Source of the DNA: Alphaproteobacteria bacterium
GTDB taxonomy: Bacteria; Pseudomonadota; Alphaproteobacteria; UBA6615
Direction of reading: 5' to 3'
NCBI GenBank assembly: GCA_965261975.1
Contig: CBDHEC010000006.1
Location: 1-16,591, forward strand
Length of the DNA stretch: 16,591 nt
Shown here: piece after piece, positions 8,351 to 15,795 of the stretch
Layout of the letters: every line of letters begins with the position of its first letter
Numbering within the stretch: position 1 is the first letter of the stretch
Position numbers and translations under genes: made by a program
Notes under the pieces: model-generated
The model's input: the letters and a program-made list of their open reading frames with translations, nothing else
Database searches by the model: none
What the model was told of the DNA's origin: nothing

Positions 8351-10473
8351 ACCGCGCGCATCCAGACAGCCGTGTCATGAAACACCGCGCCACCATTCGG
8401 CCGGCCCGCGTCTGCGCTGACCAGTAAATTGATGCCGATCCCTTCGACAAAGGCGCGGTTTGGCCAAATGCTCTCCACGATGACGGTGCCGCGGCGCACG
8501 CCTTCGGTGGGGCGCACATGGACCAAGAGAGAGCCCTGTGGGTTGCCGATCCGCACGAGACCGCCGGCTTCGAGCCCAAGCTCCGTGCAGATGTCGGGGT
8601 GTATCTGGGCTTCCGGTCGCCCCTCACGGGCCTGGCTGGTCGCGGTCTCCGTGAAACTGGTGTTCAGATAGTTCCGCGACGGCGCGGTCACCAACCGGAA
8701 CGGATGGGCCTCGTCCCGGTTGTCGATACTTGAATCATGGTCCGGCAGACGTGGCATGTCGTGGTGATTGCCGCCGATCTTCGACCAGTCCGGCGCAAAG
8801 TGGAACTTGCCGTCGGCATGGCCGAACCCGTCGATGAAGTGAGCCTCATCGAAGGGCCGCGCCCGGTCGTCCCAATGCCCCTCCCAGATCGCTTGCGCAC
8901 TGTCATAGCCCGAGCGGCGCAGGGTCTCATCCATCAGCTCCCAGGCATCCAGATCAAACCCGGGATGGTCAGCACCCAGCCGCTTCGCCAGGCCGCACAG
9001 GACATCGTGATTCGATCGCGTTTCGCCCAACGGCTCGATGACGGCGCGCGTTACCTGCAGATGGGTGTGCCCGCCCGCAACATAGAAATCGTCATGCTCA
9101 AGGAAGGTCGTCGCCGGCAGAACGATATCCGCCATCTCCGCTGTCTCGGTCATGAACTGCTCATGCACACACACGAACAGATCATCACGCATGAAGCCGT
9201 CGCGCACCTTGCCCAGATCCGGCGCGACATTCATGGGGTTGGTGTTCTGGATGAAAAGCGCGGTCACCGGCGGGCCGTCGCCCAGATCGCGCGGGTCGCC
9301 GGTCAGGATCGGACCGATGCGTGACTGGTCGAGCAGCCGGACGTTCAGATCGAGGACATCGAGGCCCTTGATGAGCGTTTGGTCGATATCGTAGATGCCG
9401 CCCTGGGCATAGAGCGCGCCGCCACCGGGATGTTGCCAGGCACCCGTCACCGCCGGCAGACAGCTCGCGGAGAACATCTGGACCGCGCCGTTGCGCGACC
9501 GGGTGAACCCGAAACCGAGCCGCAGGTAGCTGCGCTTATTCGCACCGTAAAGCTTCGCGAACGCCTCGATCTCCTCGACGGGAATAGAGGTGATCCCGGC
9601 CGCCCATTCAGGCGTGCGCGACGCCAGATGGGCTTCGAGCTCGTCGGCCCCGGCGGTATATTTCGCCAGATATTCCCGGTCTGCCAAACCGTCGCGGAAC
9701 AGGACATGCATCACCGCACAGGCCAGCGCGCCGTCGGTACCCGGGTTGGGCATCAGGTGAATATCAGCCTGTTTCGCGGTCTCGGTCAGGTAAGGATCGA
9801 CGACCACGATCTTCGCACCACGGTTCTTGCGCGCGCGCGTGGCGTGGCTCATCACGTTGACCTGGGTACTGACCGGGTTCGCCCCCCAGATGACGATCAG
9901 GTCCGAATCCGCCATCTCACGCGCATCGACACCCCATTTGGCGCCAACCCCGGCCATCCAGCCCGCGTCTGACAACGCGTTACAGAATGTGGAGTGCTGG
10001 CGCGAATAGCCCATCGCGTGGCGCAGCCGCTCGATCCCGTCGCGCTGCACCAGCCCCATCGTCCCCGCATAGAAGAACGGCCAGACCGTTTCCGGTCCGT
10101 ATTCTTCGGCTGCACCGGTGAGCTCCGCGGCGACCGTATCGAGGGCCTCGTCCCAGGAAATCTCCTCGAAGGCCTCTCGTCCAACGCCTTTCTTGCCGAC
10201 CCGGCGGAGCGGCTTGGTGAGGCGGTCGGGGTGATGCACCCGTTCGGCATAGCGTGCGACCTTGGCGCAGATAACGCCCGCCGTATACGTGTTGGCACTC
10301 GCACCGCGCACCCGGCCGATCGTCTGCGGCGTCAGGCGTTCCACTTCCAGCGCACAGGTACTCGGGCAATCATGCGGACAGGCCGAATGAAACACCTGGG
10401 CCTCGGCGTCGGTCTCGCGACGTGATTCGGCGCCATCCAAAGGCTTGTTCGGTCGGGTTTGATCGAGCGGCAT
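8347..10473 (-). CDS. Molybdopterin (bis-MGD, DMSO-reductase superfamily) oxidoreductase with N-terminal 4Fe-4S site; substrate unknown
   Basis: CPHDCPSTC...ICAK Fe-S motif, HPDRLTKPLRR, ISWDEALD, WGANP, VVVDP, PGTDGALA, FMTETAEMADIVLPA and a C-terminal molybdopterin dinucleotide-binding domain (IHP...VRIGNPQGS). ATG 10473 has GGAGA 8 nt upstream. Confidence 0.92.
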   Translation of the reverse strand: MPLDQTRPNKPLDGAESRRETDAEAQVFHSACPHDCPSTCALEVERLTPQTIGRVRGASANTYTAGVICAKVARYAERVHHPDRLTKPLRRVGKKGVGREAFEEISWDEALDTVAAELTGAAEEYGPETVWPFFYAGTMGLVQRDGIERLRHAMGYSRQHSTFCNALSDAGWMAGVGAKWGVDAREMADSDLIVIWGANPVSTQVNVMSHATRARKNRGAKIVVVDPYLTETAKQADIHLMPNPGTDGALACAVMHVLFRDGLADREYLAKYTAGADELEAHLASRTPEWAAGITSIPVEEIEAFAKLYGANKRSYLRLGFGFTRSRNGAVQMFSASCLPAVTGAWQHPGGGALYAQGGIYDIDQTLIKGLDVLDLNVRLLDQSRIGPILTGDPRDLGDGPPVTALFIQNTNPMNVAPDLGKVRDGFMRDDLFVCVHEQFMTETAEMADIVLPATTFLEHDDFYVAGGHTHLQVTRAVIEPLGETRSNHDVLCGLAKRLGADHPGFDLDAWELMDETLRRSGYDSAQAIWEGHWDDRARPFDEAHFIDGFGHADGKFHFAPDWSKIGGNHHDMPRLPDHDSSIDNRDEAHPFRLVTAPSRNYLNTSFTETATSQAREGRPEAQIHPDICTELGLEAGGLVRIGNPQGSLLVHVRPTEGVRRGTVIVESIWPNRAFVEGIGINLLVSADAGRPNGGAVFHDTAVWMRAV

Positions 10474-10494
10474 CGCGTGTGTCTCCAGATACAC

Positions 10495-10523
10495 AGTATA
10501 GCTGAAACGCCCGGAATCGTCGA
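10495..10523 (-). promoter_or_regulatory. Putative sigma70-type promoter for the Mo-oxidoreductase/mipZ unit
   Basis: Minus strand TCGACG (10523-10518), 17-nt spacer, then TATACT (10500-10495, in GCTATACT context), about 20 nt before ATG 10473. Confidence 0.5.
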
Positions 10524-10545
10524 AACGCCGGAGAACACTGGCGCC

Positions 10546-11547
10546 TCAAAATTCGATCTGACCGTCCGGCCGGAAAGCCCGGAATGCAAAAGCGAATGTC
10601 ACGTCATACGGCACATCATGCAGGCCGCCATCCGCACCCGGTTTCTGAACGACGATGTTTCCCACATCCCGGCCCGCCGGGATGTGAGGGCTGTCATGGA
10701 CCGAATTCTGCCCCGCGTGCCAGGTCAGGATCAGGCCGCCGGCCACAACCCGGCCCCTGTCTCGCACGAGCTCGACCGACCAGGCCCTGTTGCCGACGGC
10801 AACGACCCGGGTCAGCGGAGATATATCCGCGGGTAGATCCGACGGATAGCGCTCACGCACCATGTTTCGCGATTGGGTGTCCCAAAGCGAATCCATGTGG
10901 AAGTAGGGTGTCTCGCCATAGGGCTGGCGCATCACGTCGGCCGGGATCATCACCTTGCCTGCGGGTGCCCGGGCGCGAAAACGGGCCAGAGATTCCAGCC
11001 GCGCCGGCAACGCGCGCAGCAACCTGCCGGCGTGTTCCCCCACGATCGCCTCACCGGTGAATTGCTGCAACCAGCTTTCTGTCGCGCGGTCATACATCAC
11101 CATGTCGGCATGGCGGATGCGGCCGGTATTCCCGAACGCCACGACCTGTCCGTTAATCCGGCGGTCATACACGACACCGGAATTGCATAGCGGGCAGTAG
11201 CTGACGAGCACCGGCACGCCGCCGACCGTATCGTTGACGATCTCGTGCCATAGCAGCATGCGCAGGGGATATGCGCGCGCATCTTCGTCGATGATGATGG
11301 AGAGCACGGGCTCCAGCGGTCCCATCGCGCTCAGCGCAGATATCGGCTGAAAAATCGGATCGTCGATAGGCGAGATCGTATCGCGGTAATTACCGTCATC
11401 CTCGATTTCGGAGAGCGGCACCTGCGCCCGGTCGAAATCGGTCAGCGGAAACTCGCTCTTCCACAACGCCAAATCGGCCGTCGCCCCCGTCATTCCGGTC
11501 AGCAATCCAACCGCGAGGACAAACGCGCTAGCGGTGAAACGTGCCAT
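10546..11547 (-). CDS. DUF3179 family exported protein with CxxC, paralogue C
   Basis: ARAYPLRMLLWHEIVND, YCPLCNSG, MVMYDRATESWLQQFTGEAIVG. Signal peptide MARFTASAFVLAVGLLTGMTGATA if started at ATG 11547 (20-nt overlap with the upstream paralogue). Confidence 0.87.
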   Translation of the reverse strand: MARFTASAFVLAVGLLTGMTGATADLALWKSEFPLTDFDRAQVPLSEIEDDGNYRDTISPIDDPIFQPISALSAMGPLEPVLSIIIDEDARAYPLRMLLWHEIVNDTVGGVPVLVSYCPLCNSGVVYDRRINGQVVAFGNTGRIRHADMVMYDRATESWLQQFTGEAIVGEHAGRLLRALPARLESLARFRARAPAGKVMIPADVMRQPYGETPYFHMDSLWDTQSRNMVRERYPSDLPADISPLTRVVAVGNRAWSVELVRDRGRVVAGGLILTWHAGQNSVHDSPHIPAGRDVGNIVVQKPGADGGLHDVPYDVTFAFAFRAFRPDGQIEF

Positions 11548-12577
11548 CCGGATGGAACGCACGGAACGAAAAGGCGAACACCACGTCATAGGGTACGTCC
11601 TCGACTCCATCGGCAGTCTTTCTCTGAACCACAACATTTCCCACGTCGCGTCCGCGGAAGATCAGTCGGGTGTCGTGGATGGAGTTCTGACCAGATTCCC
11701 AGGACAGCACCAGATCGCCGTCCGTAATCGTCGACTTCTCACGCAGCGCCGCAAGGGTCCAGGCCTCATCCTCCACGACAACGACCCGGTCCATCGGATT
11801 CACACCGTCGGGTAGCGGATAAGGGAAATGCACTGCCTGCAGCGCGCGAGGAATACGCTGGGTGTCCATACCCACATAGGGAGACGCACCATAGGGCCGC
11901 GCGTCGGCATTTTCGGGCACCAGCACCTGGCCATGGGGCGCGCGTTCACGGAAGCGCGCCAGGGATTCAAGGCGCGCCGGGATCGGCGTCATGCGCTTGC
12001 CCGAGAGGTCGCCGATGATCGCCTCGCCGGTGAATTGCTGCCACCAGCTCTCGGTTTCCTTGTCATACATGACCATGTCGCGATGGCGCAGCCGGCCGGT
12101 GTTGCCGAATTCCAGCAACTGCGACCCGATCCGGCGATCAAATACAACGCCCGAATTGCACAGCGGGCAGTAACTAATCAGCACCGGTGTACCGCCGATC
12201 ACCTCGTTGACGATTTCGTGCCACAGCAGGATGCGCAGCGGATAGGCCCGAAAGTCGCCGTTGATGCCGACCGACAGCACCGGCTCCAACGGGCCCATAT
12301 CCTTGACCTCGGCCGCCGGCACATATTTCGGCTCCCGCACCGGCGGGATCGAATCGCGCGTGTTGCCGTCATCACTGATCTCGTCGATTTCGATGATCCG
12401 GGTCTCGAAATTGGTCGCCGGGAACTCCCGTTGCCATTTCGAAAGCCCTTGGGCAAACGCGCCGGGCAACACGCCCCATAGCGAGACGGTGGCAATCGCG
12501 AATACGACGAAGGCCAGCCCCAACCGGGACCGGCCTCCCCCATTTTCGAGATGTCTGCTCGGAGAGCTTTTCACCAC
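11528..12577 (-). CDS. DUF3179 family exported protein with CxxC, paralogue B
   Basis: RAYPLRILLWHEIVNE, YCPLCNSG, MVMYDKETESWWQQFTGEAIIG. Hydrophobic signal ends in PGAFA. The GTG start is uncertain. Confidence 0.88.
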   Translation of the reverse strand: MVKSSPSRHLENGGGRSRLGLAFVVFAIATVSLWGVLPGAFAQGLSKWQREFPATNFETRIIEIDEISDDGNTRDSIPPVREPKYVPAAEVKDMGPLEPVLSVGINGDFRAYPLRILLWHEIVNEVIGGTPVLISYCPLCNSGVVFDRRIGSQLLEFGNTGRLRHRDMVMYDKETESWWQQFTGEAIIGDLSGKRMTPIPARLESLARFRERAPHGQVLVPENADARPYGASPYVGMDTQRIPRALQAVHFPYPLPDGVNPMDRVVVVEDEAWTLAALREKSTITDGDLVLSWESGQNSIHDTRLIFRGRDVGNVVVQRKTADGVEDVPYDVVFAFSFRAFHPDGTFHR

Positions 12578-12607
12578 TCTGCTTCCGTTTTCCGCTCCGC
12601 GCCCAAC

Positions 12608-13609
12608 CTACTTGTTGATGGTGCTGTCGGGATTGAACGCATGGAACGAGAAGGCAAAGGTCACGTCGTGGACCTCGTCGACAAGCTTGTCGCCTTCCTT
12701 GCGCTGCACCGTCACATTGCCGATGTCGCGGCCCTGGGAAATGTTGCGGGCATCCATCGCCGAGTTCTGACCGGATTCCCAGGTGATGACCAGCTCGTCG
12801 GTCTCGACCCGTTTCTCCTTGGCGAGCAGATCCATCGACCAGGCCTGATCATCGACGGCGACCACATAATCGAGCGGGCGAATGCCCTCTGGGAAACTGC
12901 CGCGATACAGGAACGGACGCGAGGAGCTGTCATACCCGGCATAGGGGTTGAAACCCGGTCCGCCGCGCGGGCTCAGGAGAACTTCACCCTCGGGGAAGCG
13001 TTCCTTGAAGAGATCGAACGCCTCGACACGAACCGGCAACATGGTCAGCTGGGTGCCGGTCATCTCGCCGACGATCCCCTCGCCGACAAACTGCTGCCAC
13101 CAGCTGTTGGTCTCGTGGTCCCACATCACCAGATCCGAGAAACGAAGCTTGCCGGACACCCCGAAGGTCAGGATCTGGCCATCGACATTGCGGTCGAACA
13201 CCACCGCCGAGTTGCACAGCGGGCAGAAGGTAACCGCGATCGGCTTGCCACCGAGTTCGTCGTTGACGATTTCATGGGTCATCAGGATGCCCAGCGGATA
13301 GGCGCGGGCCTCACCATTGACCGAAACGGTGATTACGGGCTCGGTCCCCTCGTAGAGACGGTCCACTTCGGCGATGGAGCCAAAGCGTGGATTGTAGATC
13401 GGGGAAATGCCGTCCTTCGGCACACCGCCCGAGAAAATCTCGTCAAACGGCACACTCGATTTCGAGAATTCGGTCTGCGGCCATTCGAGTTTCCAGAATG
13501 CCGGGTTGGCCTGGCCGCTGGCGGACACCGCGAGAAACAAAAGACCGGCGGCAATGATAACGCCGACGCGGCCCCATTTTTGAGTGGTGAGGAGTGGCAT
13601 GACGAACAT
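12608..13609 (-). CDS. DUF3179 family exported protein with CxxC, paralogue A
   Basis: SGGVPKDGISPI, ARAYPLGILMTHEIVND, FCPLCNSA, FGVSGKL, WDHETNSWWQQ. Signal peptide ends in SGQA. Start is likely ATG 13609 or 13600, not 13735. Confidence 0.89.
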   Translation of the reverse strand: MFVMPLLTTQKWGRVGVIIAAGLLFLAVSASGQANPAFWKLEWPQTEFSKSSVPFDEIFSGGVPKDGISPIYNPRFGSIAEVDRLYEGTEPVITVSVNGEARAYPLGILMTHEIVNDELGGKPIAVTFCPLCNSAVVFDRNVDGQILTFGVSGKLRFSDLVMWDHETNSWWQQFVGEGIVGEMTGTQLTMLPVRVEAFDLFKERFPEGEVLLSPRGGPGFNPYAGYDSSSRPFLYRGSFPEGIRPLDYVVAVDDQAWSMDLLAKEKRVETDELVITWESGQNSAMDARNISQGRDIGNVTVQRKEGDKLVDEVHDVTFAFSFHAFNPDSTINK

Positions 13610-13654
13610 CCCGTCGCTTTCGTGTTCAGTTAAACTTCGCAGATCATGGCGAGG

Positions 13655-13685
13655 AAAAAAAACGGCGGCGTCTCCGCCGCCGTTT
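13655..13685 (-). terminator. Strong rho-independent terminator in the leader of the DUF3179 cluster
   Basis: Minus strand AAA-CGGCGGCG-GAGA-CGCCGCCG-TTTTTTTT: perfect 8-bp GC stem, GNRA tetraloop and U8 tail. Confidence 0.8.
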
Positions 13686-13750
13686 AGGTATCTCCAAGCG
13701 TGTTTCGATTGGAGAAGCACGATGATCATGAGCATTAGATGATGATCTGC
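13655..13750 (-). ncRNA. Candidate ~95-nt sRNA or attenuator leader RNA
   Basis: Lies between a candidate -10 (TATAAG 13761-13756) and the intrinsic terminator. Contains a second hairpin TCTCCAA-N11-TTGGAGA (13715-13691). No family recognised. Confidence 0.45.
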
Positions 13751-13755
13751 CGCTG

Positions 13756-13790
13756 CTTATAAAGTCACTCTGCGTCACGTATTTGTGACA
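13756..13790. promoter_or_regulatory. Operator-like GTCAC/GTGAC array with an adjacent minus-strand -10 box
   Basis: Plus strand GTCAC (13764-68), N5, GTCAC (13774-78), N6, GTGAC (13785-89): a 10-bp-period direct repeat plus an inverted pair. TATAAG follows on the minus strand. Confidence 0.45.
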
Positions 13791-13854
13791 GTTGCGCGGC
13801 ATGCAGGCTTTGTGTTTTGCGCCCAGATAGAAGACCGCAACAGGAGCCCAACCC

Positions 13855-14442
13855 GTGAGCCTATCGACCTTGCTGAAAGAGGTGCGTGCCTGCGACATCT
13901 GCGCGGCGTCTCTCCCCCATGGCACCCGCCCCGTACTCCAGGCGGGTGCGAAGGCACGCATCCTGATCGCCGGCCAGGCGCCCGGGCGCAAGGTCCATGA
14001 AAGCGGTGTCCTGTTCGACGACCCCAGCGGTGACCGCTTGCGCGACTGGCTGCAGGTCGACCGGGATGTCTTCTATGATTCTGACAAGCTGGCGATCCTG
14101 CCGATGGGCTTTTGTTATCCGGGCGCCGGCAAGTCGGGCGATCTGCCGCCGCGCCCGGAATGTGCGCCGCAATGGCGCCGCGCGCTGCTCGATCTCTTGC
14201 CCAACATCGAACTCACGCTGGTCGTCGGCCAGTACGCGCAAGCGCACTACTTGCCCGACAACCCGTACAAGAACCTCACCGAGACCGTGCGCGCCTGGCA
14301 GGACTTCTGGCCCTGCGCGCTGCCGCTGCCCCACCCCAGCCCGCGCAACAATATCTGGATGCGCAAGAACCCCTGGTTCGAGGATGATGTCCTGCCCGCG
14401 CTTCGCGACGCGGTGGACAGGATTCTATCCGGCGCCGGCTGA
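13855..14442 (+). CDS. Uracil-DNA glycosylase superfamily protein
   Basis: ILIAGQAPG (motif A region), LPLPHPSPRN (motif B) and Cys residues in CDIC, FCYPG and PEC. AGGAG lies upstream of the GTG start. Confidence 0.9.
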   Translation: MSLSTLLKEVRACDICAASLPHGTRPVLQAGAKARILIAGQAPGRKVHESGVLFDDPSGDRLRDWLQVDRDVFYDSDKLAILPMGFCYPGAGKSGDLPPRPECAPQWRRALLDLLPNIELTLVVGQYAQAHYLPDNPYKNLTETVRAWQDFWPCALPLPHPSPRNNIWMRKNPWFEDDVLPALRDAVDRILSGAG

Positions 14443-14521
14443 GGAAACCGCATATGGCGTAGGCGCAGATCGCGACGGGTGATACGCTTCGGGGGCAGAG
14501 CACGCATGCACGGAACCAACG

Positions 14522-15544
14522 ATGTCTCTTCACAGCGACAGCGCCCGGCCGACCGCCAGAATCGCCACGGACGAAATCCCGATCGTGGATATCGGGCCGG
14601 TGCTCGCGGATGCCTCCCAAGCCATCGAGAAGGCCGCCGCATCCTTCCACGAGGCCTGCACCGGCATGGGCTTCCTGTTCCTGGTCAACCACGGTATCGA
14701 CGAAAACGTTGTCGCACGGGCGTTCGACGCCTCGCGCCGGTTTCATGCACTCCCGTTGGAAGAGAAACTCAAGGTGCGCATGAACCGTCACCAGTGCGGC
14801 TACATGCCGCCAAACGTATCGGTTCACCAGGACAGCTTCGAGACCCACCGCACGGCACAAAAGGCACAGGTCAGCGAAGCGTTTAAGTTCACCTTCGATC
14901 TCGCAGCTGACGACCCGGATTTCGGACAGAACAAACGCTTTCGCGGCCACAACAAATGGCCCGCCGAGGAAACGGCCCCCGGCGTCCGTGACGCGTTCAT
15001 GGACTTCCACCTGACATTCGAGTCATTCGCACAGAAGCTGTTGCCTGTGCTGTCCGTCGCGCTCGGGATGCCGGCCGACTTCTTCGGGCCGTTCTTCGAG
15101 CGGTCCAGCTCGATGACCCGGATCGCCCACTACCCGCCGATCCCCGATCAGGACGAGGAGATTTCCCTGCCGGGTCACAAGGATCTGTCATTCCTGTCCC
15201 TGATCCCGCCGGCCACCCATCCGGGTCTGGAGATCCTCACCCCGGCAGGCGAGTGGATCTCACAACCGGTGGTCCCGGAGGGTTTGCTGTTCAACACCGG
15301 CAGCACCTTGTGCCGATGGTCGAACGATGTGTACCAGGCCACCCCACACCGGGTGCGTGCGGCGCCAAATATCGACCGTCATTCGAATATCTTCTTCCTC
15401 TATCCCAATGTGGATGCGCTGATGGAGTGCGTGCCGAGCTGCACGAATGCGGACAATCCGGCGAAATATCCGCCGGTTACATTCGGAGAATTTCACGCGG
15501 GCTATGCGGCGCGGAACTTCGCCTACGCCGAGGAATGGGATTAG
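14522..15544 (+). CDS. 2-oxoglutarate/Fe(II)-dependent oxygenase, isopenicillin N synthase-like family
   Basis: DIOX_N-type IPIVDI...GFLFLVNHGI, facial triad HKD...TPHRV, 2OG-binding RHS and HYPP. Confidence 0.92.
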   Translation: MSLHSDSARPTARIATDEIPIVDIGPVLADASQAIEKAAASFHEACTGMGFLFLVNHGIDENVVARAFDASRRFHALPLEEKLKVRMNRHQCGYMPPNVSVHQDSFETHRTAQKAQVSEAFKFTFDLAADDPDFGQNKRFRGHNKWPAEETAPGVRDAFMDFHLTFESFAQKLLPVLSVALGMPADFFGPFFERSSSMTRIAHYPPIPDQDEEISLPGHKDLSFLSLIPPATHPGLEILTPAGEWISQPVVPEGLLFNTGSTLCRWSNDVYQATPHRVRAAPNIDRHSNIFFLYPNVDALMECVPSCTNADNPAKYPPVTFGEFHAGYAARNFAYAEEWD

Positions 15545-15567
15545 GCAACGGCGCCAAGGCCGCCGGG

Positions 15568-15795
15568 TCAGCACAAACGGTGTTTCTGATCCATCCGCAG
15601 GGCGTCGAGGTCTTTTTCCCACTCTTCATCGCCCGGCGCCTGATGGATGCCGAGCGTGGCCTTGTGGTAGTCGAAATCATCTTCGCCATCGACCGGCTTC
15701 GCATCCCACGAATCCTTGGTGACGAGTGCCGACTAGGTGCCCATTACGATGCAAATGACGATGAGCGCCAGGATGACGATGATTTCCATACTCAT
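15568..15795 (-). pseudogene. Small single-TM protein ORF (75 codons plus stop) interrupted by an in-frame TAG at codon 21
   Basis: Manual translation: MSMEIIVILALIVICIVMGT*SALVTKDSWDAKPVDGEDDFDYHKATLGIHQAPGDEEWEKDLDALRMDQKHRLC*. Codons are GC3-rich on both sides of the TAG (15735-15733), and the ORF fills an otherwise empty gap. Confidence 0.6.

Noticed and set aside
10417-10431. SRRET near the Mo-enzyme N-terminus as a Tat signal
   Set aside because: No FLK-like consensus or hydrophobic h-region follows, and the Fe-S motif starts right after.
10504-10532. Imperfect direct repeat GAAACGCC(C)GGA x2
   Set aside because: Only two short copies overlapping the predicted promoter. Not CRISPR-like and too weak to call an operator.
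11185-13225. Selenocysteine in the DUF3179 paralogues
   Set aside because: All six CxxC Cys codons are TGC and there is no in-frame TGA.
1280-13633. Long antisense or alternative-frame ORFs (e.g. 1280-2134, 4247-5263, 6947-7825, 12551-13633)
   Set aside because: Shadow ORFs expected opposite high-GC3 genes, with no recognisable motifs.
13610-13735. 42-aa N-terminal extension of DUF3179 paralogue A from ATG 13735
   Set aside because: No RBS, it runs through a terminator hairpin, and it would bury the signal peptide. A role as a translated leader cannot be wholly excluded.
15733-15735. Pyrrolysine or genome-wide amber recoding
   Set aside because: TAG terminates many conserved genes here at expected C-termini, and no pyl genes are in the window.
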